A stretch of DNA of 63,861 nucleotides from Eledone cirrhosa (taxonomy: Eukaryota): assembly GCA_964016885.1 (NCBI GenBank), contig OZ024752.1:36518001-36581861 (forward strand), given 5' to 3'. Numbering within the stretch: the first letter of the stretch is position 1; each line of letters starts with the position of its first letter. Of the stretch, positions 35,996 to 49,905 are shown in pieces. Under the pieces are notes generated by a model. It was given only the letters and a program-made list of their open reading frames with translations, did not search any database and had not been told where the DNA came from. The position numbers were made by a program, and so were the translations under genes.

Positions 35996-36576
35996 TTTCC
36001 TTTACTAGAATCTTCCCCTAGTCTCTCAGGGCTTACTAGCTCTCTACGGACGTTTAAGTAATTTTTATTTTCATATTCACTTGTCTCTGTCTATCTTGTT
36101 TATTTTTTTGGTTTTGTTTCTCAACTGTAAGAAGTACTAGATACTTCCCCTAGTCTGTTATGGCTTACTAGCTCTATACGGACGTTTAGATTGATTAAAT
36201 AAATAAATATGTAGGAACAAAAAAGCCCCCGTCGATAGAATGGAGGAGTGAGGGAAATACTGGGAAGTTGGGCATCGGTAATTCAACTCCAACAAGTGAA
36301 AATGTTGGCAAAACCGAAGATTTCTCGTTGAACTGAGAGCATCTCTTTAATCTAATTTAATTTAATTTATTTCGTTTCTGAATTTGTTTAGCAAGATTCT
36401 TTATCTGAAATCGTGTGTTGAAACCGATATTGTTATACTTTGGGAGGGTCATGTTGCCAATAAGAAACACACGCACCAGTTGCTTTCACTTCAATTTATT
36501 ATATATTTATAAATTTATAAATTTATAAATTTCTGGTTGGTTGGTTGGTTCCACAACCAGATAGTTGTTTATATAT

Positions 36577-36621
36577 AGTCATAGTTCTTTCGTCACACAC
36601 TCTGTGACCTCTTCAGTGACT
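36577..36621 (-). ncRNA. Type I hammerhead ribozyme, family F (element ~36368-36693)
   Basis: Minus strand: agtca-CTGAAGA-g-gtcac-agagtgt-gtgac-GAAA-gaac-TA-tgact. Confidence 0.75.
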
Positions 36622-37604
36622 GGGGATTCCTTTCTTTGTTTCTGTGCCCCTCCTTTGTTCTGTCCTACGCCATTTTGTTTCTGTGTGTGTGTTGTATATT
36701 TAAAAAAAAAATATATATATACATTTTGTTAAATATATATACATTCTACACAAGGTAAAATAAAACATCTATATATTAATACGTACCGTACGTCCGACCT
36801 AGTGTGTCACGCTTTCAGTCATAACATAGTAATTTATCTAGAGAATAAGAGAAACAGAGTTCAACAGCGACGAAATGCCATAATTGAAGAGCAGCCTTTG
36901 AGCAAGGGCGATAATCACTGTGAGTTAAAGTGATACCCCAAAACCAATCCACCCATGGCCGCAGAAGGGGAATCACCTTTACTAGAAACATTGTATATAG
37001 GGAAGTTCTTTAAAGGATGTTTTTTATGTGTACTTTTATGAAATTAATTTTAAATAAACTTACATTATCTCCTTATAATATATAACCAGCAATTTCTCTG
37101 TCTGTCTGTCTGTCTGTCCGACGCGTAGAGAGAGAGAGAGAGTGAGAGTGAAAGAAAGAGACAGACTACAAGAGGGAGATAGCGGGAGGGAGAGAGAGAG
37201 ACGCTGGAAGAGGGGAAGAAAAGCTATGTCTTGCTGTCTGCATTACGATACATATATATATATACACACACACACTGAGCGCGCCATAATGACGTAATGC
37301 AGACAGTCAGACATACAGACAGATATTATAAGGCCGCAACGTTATATCTATGTATCTATCTAAAAAGAAAGACTAAGAATTATATAGAGAGAACGCTAAA
37401 TCGCCTAATGCGCTCCCTAAGGCATCGAAAATTTGAAATACTTTTTGCTCAAAACACTCACAGGACCATAAGTATTACATGTGTAAAGTTTGAAAACAAT
37501 CGGTTGGATGGTTCTCAAGTTTTAGTGAGCTGACAGACAGAGAGACATTCTTTGTTTTAGATATATAGACTAGCAGAAAACCGCCCCGGGTGGTTTTCTG
37601 CTAG

Positions 37605-38440
37605 TCTGTATATATATAAAATTAAGTATGTGTATGTGTGTGTCTGTGTATTACCTATATCTTACGACCGATTAAGTATGTGTGTCTGTGTGTCTGTGTA
37701 TTACCTACATCTTACGACCGATTTTCATGAAACTTTACATGCTCATAGATTAGTCATCGGGGAGTGTTTTCTATATATCAGCATATCGTTGTATCGTTTT
37801 TTTTTTAAAATTCCGGGGTCATTCTGCAGATAAAAATCGATAGGGGTCACCTTTTTTTAGGTATCGAAAAATAAGATTTTTGGTTCTAGCTCCCACATTT
37901 TGCCACCAATTTCGTTCAAATTTTAAAGCAAAATAGAATTTATCATTGCACATCCTGTAATGGCTTTATATTTTGCATTTGTTGTTCAGGGACGGCGTAG
38001 CAGCCGCTTAAATATTCAAAAATACCACTTTTAGACTCAACCTTAGCTCCTACATTAATCAATCTACTTTATTCAAATTTTACACTACGCTAGATCTGAT
38101 TATTTCACGTCTTAAAGTGGCTTTACATTTTGGATTTTTTGTTCAGAAACGGCGTGGCAGCCGCTTAAATATTCGAAAATACCACCCTTTCGCTCAAATT
38201 TCCGCCTTTTCGGCTCTAGCTCCCACATTTTTCAACCGATTTCGTTCAAATTCGAAACTCCCTCCCCCAGCATGCCCCTTCGTATGTCACCCGCGTTTCT
38301 CAGTGATAGAGGTCATCACCCCCGCATGGCCTGTGTGTGGCCATAGATGAGTTATCGAGAAGCAGTCGCTAAGATCAAAACCTTTTCATCAAAGCAGATA
38401 TTATTTTACCTACCCAGGCAACGCTGGGTACTGTTGCTAG
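37605..38440 (+). mobile_element. Non-autonomous Helitron
   Basis: 5' TC-tgtatatataaa start, 3' hairpin cccaggcaacgctggg and terminal CTAG followed by T. A second hairpin plus CTAG ends at 38582. Confidence 0.7.
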
Positions 38441-39348
38441 TTATACATAAAATAAACGAAAATATAATTGTTTATTCACCAAAATACTGCAAATCAAACA
38501 ACTTTGATTAACTGATAAATATTCATTGGACAATATTTAAATTTCAAAAATTATCCGTGAATTTTTTCACGGGTCCAGCTAGTCAATATTAATTCGGGAG
38601 TGTTAACCACAGTTGGTCAGCCTATGAACTTTTCAGCCGACGCTGATAGTTTATTGTTGATTTCAGTTGACGATTAAAGAGTTCACTTTCATTACAGCAT
38701 CGGTAGAGGGTCGGACGCCATGCTTTGACGCAAAGAGTTACGTCCCTTTACGATCTGAGTTCAAATCCCGCCGAAGTTAACTTTGCCTTTCATCCTTACG
38801 GGGTCGATAAAATATAGTACCAGTAATACACTGGGTATTTTGCTGGCCTTGTGCCAAAAGTAGAAACAATTGTATTGTCAATCATTTTATATACAGGAAG
38901 TGAAACAACCCCTTCATTTTTATTTTAATTAATATATAGCATTATATATAACATTGAATTGTATCGATGAAAGAAAAATCGTATCACTATATCTCGACTT
39001 GTTTGATTGAATTTCAGATGGAAGAAAAAGAGCAAAAAAAAAAAATTAAAAATGAAAATTTCGGTTAACTATTGTAAACGAAGGCTTACGAATGTCAACT
39101 GAAAAGTTCATAAGGTGACCAAGATACTCTCATGGAATGACCAAATGGGGTTTATTTTTCAATACAACATAGTCCCTGGAAAGAAACAATGCAGGTAGTA
39201 ATAAGAAGAGTTGAAATTAATGCATGCAAGATTTCACAGCGCTAGCATCAATCCTTCATAATTAGCCTATGACCTTTTCAGCCAACCAACGCAAATATAT
39301 ACATACACACACATACACACATACATACACACACGCACACGCACACAC

Positions 39349-39389
<41 letters not shown>

Positions 39390-39392
<3 letters not shown>

Positions 39393-39751
39393 CGTTTCTG
39401 AATTTGTTTAGCAAGATTCTTTATCTGAAATCGTGTGTTGAAACCGATATTGTTATACTTTGGGAGGGTCATGTTGCCAATAAGAACACACACACAGAGA
39501 CAAAATGGCGTAGGACAGAACAAGGGAGAGGCACAGAAGCAGGGAAGGGAGTCCCCAGTCGCTGAAGAGGTCACGGAGTGTGTGACGAGGGAACTGTGAC
39601 TATATATAAACAACTGTCTGGTTGTGGAGCCGACCAACCAACCAGAGATTTATAAATTTATAAATTTATAAATTTATAAATATATAATAAATTGAAGTGA
39701 AAGCAACTGGTGCGTGTGTTTCTTATTGGCATCATGACCCTCCCAAAGTAT

Positions 39752-39757
<6 letters not shown>
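39390..39757. mobile_element. Family F element with inverted tail segment and mutated HHR (39557-39601, plus)
   Basis: Segment 39448-39490 is inverted relative to 39715-39757. CTGAAGA is intact but GAAA has become GAGG. Confidence 0.75.
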
Positions 39758-39784
<27 letters not shown>

Positions 39785-39786
<2 letters not shown>

Positions 39787-40294
39787 CTCAAATTTGAATT
39801 CACCGCCAAAGCGGGGGTTACCTCCCTTGGAGAAAGCCACGTGTCTATAGCGAAATTTATTGCTAGAACATACCCGCAGAGGCTGAAGAACACAAGACTT
39901 GCTGAAGAAGTAAATCCTTTGTTCTGTCGTCAAAAACCTTTAACTTGCAGACCCCTGCAAGCGGAATTTGTCGATCTTGGATTTGCAGAAACCTAGCGCT
40001 GATGTTGTGTGCTGTATGTGATGTATATCGTGTGCTATACGATATGCATTATTTGGTGCATTCGGCCCCAGCGTTCTGTCCAGGTCAGTCTAAAATCTTT
40101 TCCTGAGTCCTGTATTTTCGTTGCTGTGGTAATGCGGCTGGACTGCCGATCGCTATATTTGATTTGCTAAGCTGTCTAAACGTATTGTTATTACTCTGGG
40201 GTACTATTCCCATTCGAGTGCTAAAGCTACATACCGAATTTGAATTCGTTAGCTTGGCCACAAACTAAGGCTTCGTTAATGCTGTACTAAAATT

Positions 40295-40295
<1 letters not shown>
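39785..40295 (+). repeat. Unclassified microsatellite-flanked interspersed repeat
   Basis: Homolog of 28590-29030. Confidence 0.7.
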
Positions 40296-40347
<52 letters not shown>

Positions 40348-40349
40348 TA

Positions 40350-40548
40350 CGAGGGTCTGTTGAAAAATTCATAGACTGACCAAGACACTCTCATGGAATG
40401 ACCAAATGAGGTTTATTTATAACCTTAGTCCTTGGAAAAAAAACAATGCAGTTATTAATAAGAAGAGTTGAAATGAATGCATGCAAGATTTCACAGCTCT
40501 AGCATCACTCCTTCATAGTCAGCTTATGAACTTTTCAACCGAGCCTCG
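40350..40548. mobile_element. Monomeric mariner MITE (founder structure of the 145-bp satellite)
   Basis: TA-cgagggtctgttgaaaaattcata ... tatgaacttttcaaccgagcctcg-TA, with a single body copy. Confidence 0.85.
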
Positions 40549-40862
40549 TATACTGAATACAAATCAACGTTGTTCAATTGTTCAATAGCAGAATGTTGGT
40601 TAATTATAGTAATTCCACTAATAAATCAATATTAATGTTTCATTTTAACCAGTATAACATATAATTTAAAAAATAAATAAAACACCGCTTTCGCGATTTC
40701 AGGAAGCTTTCAGTTTTCTAAATGTTTTCACTCTTGCAAACGCTATCGTGTATCACGGAATGCTTTAATTACTGATATCCGCCAAAGAAAGAAAGGCAGG
40801 AAAATAATGCGTTCCAAGAATACCCCCCCTCCTCTCTCTCTCTCTACATATATATATGTATG

Positions 40863-40938
<76 letters not shown>

Positions 40939-40987
40939 TAAAAATTTATTTTAAAAAATTGGTTAGATTTTGCTTGTTCTGCTTATC

Positions 40988-41093
<106 letters not shown>

Positions 41094-41182
41094 TGTGTAA
41101 AAGGTAAACAGAAATATCAACACAATCGGTACAGTATATGGAAAGAATATATTAGGTAAACGCTTGAAATAGCAGGAAGAGG

Positions 41183-41220
41183 ATTTTAACGTTTCGGACG
41201 CTAGTCCTTCATCAGAAGAT
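41183..41220 (-). ncRNA. Minimal type I hammerhead ribozyme, family D (element ~41097-41320)
   Basis: Minus strand: atctt-CTGATGA-a-ggac-tagc-gtcc-GAAA-cg-TT-aaaat. Confidence 0.75.
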
Positions 41221-42926
41221 AGAGTTAGAAATAGAAGATAAATATAAAGTAAAGAGTGATAAGAGGACGGAACGGGGGGAAATGAGGAAAAAGATGCATG
41301 TGTGGGGCCTCCGTCGGTTCCTATATATATATATATATAAATGAAAGACGGGGTTAAAAACTCGCGTCTTGTACTTCTTATAGTTGAGAAAACAAGTGAA
41401 TATAAAAATAAAAAAAATAAAAAAATTAAATAAAGAAGGCCAACGGAAAGGAAAATAAGCATAAAAAAAATGGAAAATAAGGGAAGCTGTAGAGTAGTTA
41501 GAAGTTTCTCTCTTACACTCTCCAGTCCATATTTTCAGTCATTCAACTCACATTTGTCCGAATCGTTAGAATTTTCTTATCAACATTAAAATTTGGGATG
41601 CCCAAATGTTGTTGTTATTAGCAACAATTTCAATGATTAAAGCTTTATTTACTTTGAACCAGAAAACCATTTTCCACAGAGGAAAATTTCTGGATAACTT
41701 AATTGTTTTTTTTCTTCTGTTTTATACGTAACTCCCGAAGGAGGTGTAGTGGGCGCCATATTGACAGACGGCGTTTCTAGAGCATTTAAAAAAAAACATG
41801 GTGGAGCCCATCTCATCTTCAAGTTTGACTACAGCAGATTTCTTCCTGACAAGAATAGAGAGTGAGACAATGAAAACTTTACTGCTTATGTTACCTCCAA
41901 AATTTTCCAAATTTAGAAACTGTTAGAAAAATCAAGTTGATACCTAAATATTAACATAGTCATTGATTGCTAGAATTAAAAAAAAAAAAACCCTTTAGAA
42001 AATATCCTTCCATATTGTATATATTTAAACGGACCAATTGGAGCATTATCCTAGTAAATCGTTCTCTTTCTTTCTGTGTTGATGTGTTCTTTGTTCTTTA
42101 GAATTCTCTCCATTATCAACTCATGTATAACAAATTGGTTCTGTTACTGTTCTCATTATTTTCTCCTTTCTAAAAATGGCTTCCTTTTTTTTTGTTGTTC
42201 TAATTCCATCTCTTCGTTTGCTGAATATAGTTCTGCTTAAACACACGAACATTTCTACTGCTAACCTTCGGTATTAGATAATCTTGTTCTAATAGCATTT
42301 GGCACCAAATAATCGATAGAATTAACTGATATTGCTAGTGAGAAATTTGCTTGGAATAAATGCTCATTGCTTTGGCGTGTACTTCCTACATTACATTTGA
42401 TTCTATGAATTGATAATCCTAGTTTATATAGTAACGAGGCAGGGATATAATTTCATGTATACTTTCATGTATTAAATTAACGACTTATACAGGACCAGTT
42501 CTGTTTCATCCTCTTTTAGAATCCATCTTATAAATTATCATATGGCGCCCCTATAACTCCCTCAGGAGTTATGGGTCCATAACATATTATACCATAACAT
42601 ACAATACGCCTTCATTCTTATCTTCTATTTTCTTCTTATCTTTTACCTCTAATCATATGTCATTATGGCTGTTTACGAATTAAGCAGACGATATGTTATG
42701 CTATCCCTTGCAGACGATATGTTGCCGACGATATCTTACGCCATCCCTTGTTCACCATCTACAGATAAAGTATTTCTTCTCTGTCTTATTGTACAAATCT
42801 ATTGGAATTAGATTCTTGTAAGTAGATTTAACTTATGTTAAATCTAATTTTAACTGTCTGGTGGGAAGTATTAGTTTCGCCGATAATACCACACCTATGC
42901 CTATATATATCCCTATATACTCACAC

Positions 42927-42970
<44 letters not shown>

Positions 42971-43081
42971 ACACACACACACGCGAACACGCACGCGCAC
43001 ACACACATGCATACACATATATGTATACAAACGCATACGTTCACATACATACATATATACATAATATACATACACACGTAC

Positions 43082-43148
<67 letters not shown>

Positions 43149-43283
43149 TACACTTGTATACATACACACGCACGCATACGTACACACGTCTGCACATATA
43201 TACATACACACGCACACATACGTATACACACATGTACACAAGCTCATATACATATCTACACATATAGATACACCCGCATACAT

Positions 43284-43318
<35 letters not shown>

Positions 43319-45289
43319 CAGGTTCATAACCACTCATATATCTACACATACATACATATGCATACAAACATACAAACGCATACATTCAAGTATACAGAGA
43401 GCCGGAACGAGTTCGGCAAAATATTCGATTCTAAAAATAAACTAACAAACAAAAACATATTCATGGCGTCGATGACGTGCCAAGGATTCTATGAAAAGAG
43501 TCGATAGTCTAAAAAGTGGGGACCCCTGTTCAAGATAGTCTTCGACTTGCTAGAAATAGCAGCCATGCAAATTCACCCGAACCATATCTTCCCCTCTAAA
43601 TGAAAGGAAGGACACACAGGATAAAGTTCTCTTAATCTGAGAGACACAAAAAAAAAAAAATAAAAATAAAAATAAAAAGGGTTAATCACAGCTGAAACGT
43701 TGTCACAAGGACTGATTAGGGGTTAAACAACAATGTATCCTAATTGATTACCGTGTGTATAATTTAACGACCCGCCCCTAAAGTAAGCAGACGTTATGTC
43801 AACACTGTAGTAAACTCATTAGAATAAACATGGCGGCACTTCTAAATAATAACAGTAATGATAATAGTATCGCTATAATTTAATGACACACACCCATAAA
43901 GCAATCGAAAATTATGCAAACACTACAGTTATCTTATTAAAAGAAAAGAAAACAAAACAGTCGCTCGGTTTAACCTATGATATTCAAATGTGAGCTTGTA
44001 GTACAAATGGTAATTTTTAAGTTTAGAACATCAGATAGAATGCTTTGAGATATTTGTTCCAGCTCTCTTCTCTCTTCATCCCAGCTCTTTTCTTTTCGTT
44101 TCAGATTCGTTCTCTCTTCATTCCAGCTCCTTTCTCTCTCATCCCAGCTCTTCTCTCTTGATCCCAGCTCTCTTAGTTCCAGCTCTCTTCTCTCTTCGTT
44201 TCAACTCTCTTCTCTCTTTTATCATACCAGCTCTCGACACAACCAAGGTCAATTTTATCTTTGATCCTTTCCATGTCGATAAATAACAACAACAAAAAAC
44301 AAAATCGGTAATTTTTCTAGGTTGTCTTCGTTGATTAATCCCCCCACCCCAGAATTAGCCGCTTAGTTTACATATTGAGACACCAACCCATCCTATTTAT
44401 TTTACAACGTATGGGATTTCTTGTAATGTCCGTTTTTCGTCATATATAATGTTTTTTAATGTCTAAAAAAGAGTTAACTGTCTCAGGAATGCTACCACTT
44501 AAAATAAAAGTGGGGACGAGGAGGGGGGAAGGGACGATTATTCGAGACTCCTAAGTAGTGTCTATTACAAGTTAGCAAGTCCATCACTGTTGTGTCTGTG
44601 AACAGGAAACGAACTCAACTGACTGTCGAACAGGAAATAAATATGTAAAAGTAAATGATTAAATTTAAGAAAGACAAATGAAATAATATATTTAAATATA
44701 TTAGGATACGCAAATAAAATATACAAATTTGATTACATGAATTAATTATATAAATTAAAATGTTGTATAAATTAAAACGTTAAAAAAAGATCATATGCCA
44801 CGTCTTGCACATGCGCACTGAAATTCGATCGAGCGCAATGGACACGAATCGGGTTTTTGTGCAAACGCATTTGAATTGGGTTGTGCGCATGCGCATTTGT
44901 GCCAACTACTCAGATGGCTTGTAAATGCACGGTCTTGTTGGGTCTTGCTGGGTTTTGTCATGCGCCCTCGTACCGGGTGCTACGCAACCACAGACACAGT
45001 CGTCTTCCCATGCGAATTGGGGCTTGTGCATGCGCCGTCGAATTATGTCTTGTGCATGCGTGCTTGAGGCGGATCTTATGCACACGTACTCGGATCGGCT
45101 GCTGCGCATGTGCACTCGTGCCGAAACTTGTGCATGCGTAATAAAGCTATTTATTGCATTTGTTTCTATATACTTTGTTTTAAATAAATCAAAATATAGA
45201 ATAAATAAATGAATAAAATAAATAAAATAAATGATTTAATTTAGAAAAGATATTACTGAAACATCTATCTATCTATCTATCTATCTATC

Positions 45290-46545
45290 TATTCTTTTTT
45301 TCAAATACCACTTTGGAAGAAGAATCAGGATGGAGAGAGAGGTGCTGTACCCCAGCAAGTTTTATGAAAGGTGGGTGAAAGTGGCGAGAATGGCCCGAGT
45401 GAATAGGCCTTCTCTCTATATCAGCCTGTAGGTTGAGGAAAAGGAGGAGGAGAGGAAAGGAGTACAAGCTCTTCGTACTTCTGGAGATGAGGGTTGCACA
45501 TTTTTTTTCGGGGGTATGTGTTACCCATATAAACCGTCTCCCTCTATTGGGGAAAATCGACTAACTTTTAAATTCCATCTGTGATAACATTTTACACGTT
45601 TTTATTGTATGTAAACTTCCCCCTTTGTATTTGTCCCCTTCTTTTGTGCCCCTGTGGCTAATAAAGAAATATATCTATCTATCTGTGATAATATTTTACA
45701 CGTTTTTATTGTATGTAAACTTCCCCCTTTGTATTTGTCCCCTTCTTTTGTGCCCCTGTGGCTAATAAAGAAATATATCTATCTATATATATCTTTAATA
45801 TCGCTATTTTTCTTTTAAAAAACCGCTGTATTTGTTTTGCTTATTTTCCGCTTGACTTCAACGAATCCGCCCATCTTCAACGTGTATTGCTTAATATTTT
45901 CCCCCTAAAATAAACGACACCGTAACACGTGTATGTTGTTAATAATCAGCGTATTGTAACTTTTATTAAATGGCTTTCTCTATATTTGAAACTTTTCGTC
46001 TATCTCTCTTTCTCTCTCTCTATCTATTTATCTAAATCCCTCCTTCAAAAACGAAGGAGAGGCGGTTTTCCTTTGTGTGATAGCTATGGCGAAAGAGGTT
46101 GTATGGTGGACAAGGTTGAAAGGGCTGAGGTCAGACACCTTTCTCTCCGGCCAACAACTGATTCTTTTTTTCAAATACCACTTTGGAAGAAGAATCAGGA
46201 TGGAGAGAGAGGTGCTGTACCCCAGCAAGTTTTATGAAAGGTGGGTGAAAGTGGCGAGAATGGCCCGAGTGAATGGGCCTTCTCTCTATATCAGCCTGTA
46301 GGTTGAGGAAAAGGAGGAGGAGAGGAAAGGAGTACAAGCTCTTCGTACTCCTGGAGATGAGGGTTGCACATTTTTTTTCGGGGGTATGTGTTACCCATAT
46401 AAACTGTCTCCCTCTATTGGGGAAAATCGACTAACTTTAAAATTCCATCTGTGATAACATTTTACACGTTTTTATTGTATGTAAACTTCCCCCTTTGTAT
46501 TTGTCCCCTTCTTTTGTGCCCCTGTGGCTAATAAAGAAATATATC
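45290..46545 (+). mobile_element. Two near-identical 3' fragments of an L1/Tx1-like LINE in (TATC)n
   Basis: AKEVVWWTR...LILFFK...IRMER...FYERW, followed by a 3' UTR ending aataaagaaatatatctatc. Copies lie at about 45290-45680 (with an extra tail copy to 45780) and about 46030-46545. Confidence 0.65.
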
Positions 46546-46660
46546 TATATATATCTATCTAGCTTATTGTTATTCATCATTGTTAAAGATTTTATGTAAA
46601 ACCCCCGCCGTCACGTCTTGTAATGTCCCATTTTTGTACGCCCTTGTGACAAATAAAGAA

Positions 46661-46706
<46 letters not shown>

Positions 46707-46735
46707 TTATCTCTATCTATCTATCTATTTATCTC

Positions 46736-46784
<49 letters not shown>

Positions 46785-46949
46785 ATGTATGTATGTATGT
46801 ATGTACGTATGTATGTATGTATGTATGTATGTAAGTATGTATGTATGTATGTATGTATGTATATGAGCGCGTGTGTGTGCTTAAGAACACCTTATTTACT
46901 GTAGCTTTCAATACTGCTTATAAGGATTCAATTTATTGTTGCATAAGAT

Positions 46950-47014
<65 letters not shown>

Positions 47015-47184
47015 CACATGTACATATATAAATAATAAAAAAAACAAAAACGGTGTATATTTTCCCTTCAATTTTGTTTTCTTCATTCAGCTGCTGCCAA
47101 ATGTATTACTCTGATTGGTCGGTTTAAACACGTGATCTTTGTTGAGCTGTAATCTGCTACTTCGACGTACTGTATATACTATAC

Positions 47185-47215
<31 letters not shown>

Positions 47216-48024
47216 TACTATATATATATATACACATATATAATTTGTATTTATCGGGATTTTGTGTCAATATATAAACCATGTTAATTCGAAAACTGTG
47301 CTATTTGGAGCAGTGTTAAGTCAGACGTTTACTATATATATATTTTTTTTATTTCAAAGCCCCAATTTATTATCGTGAAGTCTAAACAAGTGACTATTGA
47401 TAGTTCAAGTGGTGACTGGTTCGGCGCTACCATTAGGGCCAACTTGTCAGACACCTATGACACACAAACTATTACACGTCCCAGAGAGGCGCATTACTGA
47501 ACCGATTTTATGCAAATCTGTATAATTGAAAACTTCCTCGCCATCATCCGAGTCAATATATTCTCCATCCTGTCGGTCAGGACCCAGAGGCGGAGAATAA
47601 GTTAGTTGGAGGTGGAGTATACTCGCTCGGACGTCACACATTTACATATATACTTCATATGGAAATTGATATCTTGTTTTTGTACTCTGAAACATCTTAA
47701 ACAGTAATGCAAGCATTCAAAATTCAGTTGAGTGTTTCATTGAAACAGCAGAGGGCAGGTAAGCTCTATGTAAGTCGCATAGCTTAGTGATTAGAGCGAT
47801 GGATTCATAATCGGGAGGTTGTGATTTCGATTCTCGGACCAGTCTTATGTCCTTCACCAAGACACTTTATTTCCCGTTGCCCCAGAAGTCTGAGGGCTTA
47901 CTATTTCTTTCTACTGTATTAGCAATATCAAAAGCTTTAGTGACAGAACAAAAATACATATACTTCATATGAAAATTGATAACTTCTTTTTGTACTTTAT
48001 CAATTGTTCTGACACATCTTAAAC

Positions 48025-48306
48025 CAGGCATGGACAACCTCTTTTCGAGAAGCGGACCCCACGAGATATGGCTCATCATCAGGCGGGCCGCAAGCGCTAA
48101 TTTACATTCGTGTTCAAATTAAAAAAAGGGTGGTAACTCAGGTTGTTTTAATTTGTTTCTTCAGAATTCGTACACGTTGTTTTCCTCGATCGTAAAAATG
48201 ATAGAAAGATAAATTTCGACCGAAAAGTTGGGGTAAAAAAATCAGAAAGATTTCACTTAGGCGAGCCATTCAGAAAGCTTCGCGGACCGCAGGTTGCTCA
48301 TGGCTA
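48025..48306. mobile_element. hAT MITE
   Basis: TIRs caggcatggacaacct and aggttgctcatggcta, with a perfect 8-bp TSD tcttaaac. Confidence 0.9.
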
Positions 48307-48377
48307 TCTTAAACAGTAAGGCAAGCATTCAAAATTCAGTTAATGAGTGTTTCATTGAAATAGTAGTGGAAGGCTTC

Positions 48378-48459
48378 GCCGTAACATTTTGACTGAATAA
48401 AATAGTTTTAATAACGCCCGGTTATTAAAACTATTTTGTTTACTAAAAATGTTACGGCG
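48378..48459. repeat. ~80-bp palindromic mini-element
   Basis: cgccgtaacatttt..aaaatagttttaataac pairs with gttattaaaactatttt..aaaatgttacggcg. Confidence 0.7.
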
Positions 48460-49039
48460 TAGTATTTTAATTTCAAACTTCGCTCGCCGTTTTCTAAACA
48501 TACTTTCTTTAAATATATAATGATAATTGTGTCAACCTTTGGCACAAGGCTAGCAATTCTTCCAGTGCATTACTGGTACTTTATTTTATCGACCAGGTAA
48601 GGATGAAAGGCAAAGTTAACCTCGGCGGGATTTGAACTCAGACCGGAAATGGGCGTAACTCTATGCTGCAAAGCATGGCGTCCGACTCTCTACCGATACT
48701 GCCAATTCATAATAATGATTTCTAGTATAGGCACAAGGCCAGTAATTTTTTTTTTTGGGGGGGGGGGGTCGATTAAATCGACGCCTGCGCGTCACTGGTG
48801 CTTTATTTTATCGAGCCCGTAAGGATGAAAGGCAAAGTTAACCTATTTTACGTTGCCCCAGAAGCCTGAGGACTTACCATTTCTTTCTACTGTATTAGCA
48901 ATATCGAAAGGTCTAGGAACAGGACGAAAAAGTAATGGTCTATTGTTGAAGCCGCCTCTCGTTTCTCTACACCAGAATGTGTTACCAATACACGACAGCA
49001 ATAGTGTTAAACGTATAGAATTTTTGGGGTTCAGGATTG

Positions 49040-49905
49040 GTATCTCATATATACCACGATTACTGACACGTGGTATCTCATATATACCAGGATTATTAAC
49101 ACGTGATATCTCAAATATACCACGATTATTAACACGTGATATCTCAAATATACCACGATTATTAACACGTGATATCGCAAATATACCAGGATTACTGACA
49201 CATGGTATCTCATATATACCAGGATTATTAACACGTGATATCTCAAATATACCACGATTATTAACACGTGATATCTCAAATACACCAGGATTACTAACAC
49301 GTGATATCTCAAATATACCAGGATTACTGACACGTGATATCTCAAATATACCAGGATTACTGATACGTGATATCTCAAATATACCAGGATTACTGACATG
49401 TGATATCTCAAATATACCAGGATTACTGACACGTGATATCTCAAATATACCAGGATTACTGACACGTGATATCTCAAATATACCAGGATTACTGATACGT
49501 GATATCTCAAATATACCAGGATTACTGACACGTGATATCTCAAATATACCAGGATTACTGACACGTGATATCTCAAATATACCAGGATTATTAACACGTG
49601 ATATCTCAAATATACCAGGATTATTAACACGTGATATCTCATATATACCAGGATTACTGACACGTGATATCTCATATATACCAGGATTACTGACACGTGA
49701 TATTTCATATATATACCAGGATTACTGACACGTGATATCTCATATATATACCAGGATTACTGACACGTGATATCTCAAATATACCAGGATTACTGACACG
49801 TGATATCTCAAATATACCAGGATTACTGACACGTGATATCTCAAATATACCAGGATTACTGACACGTGATATCGATATCTCAAATACACCAGGATTACGG
49901 GACAT
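49040..49905. repeat. 33-bp minisatellite (~26 copies)
   Basis: Unit acacgtgatatctcaaatataccaggattactg. Confidence 0.95.

Noticed and set aside
48853-49728. 291-aa ORF with TRDISNIPGLL repeats (and the antisense ORF)
   Set aside because: It is a translation of a 33-bp minisatellite lacking stops in some frames, and the frame breaks where units gain 2 nt.
49040-49905. CRISPR-like array
   Set aside because: The repeats are contiguous with no unique spacers, the context is eukaryotic, and there are no cas genes. The same applies to the 49-, 92- and 145-bp arrays.
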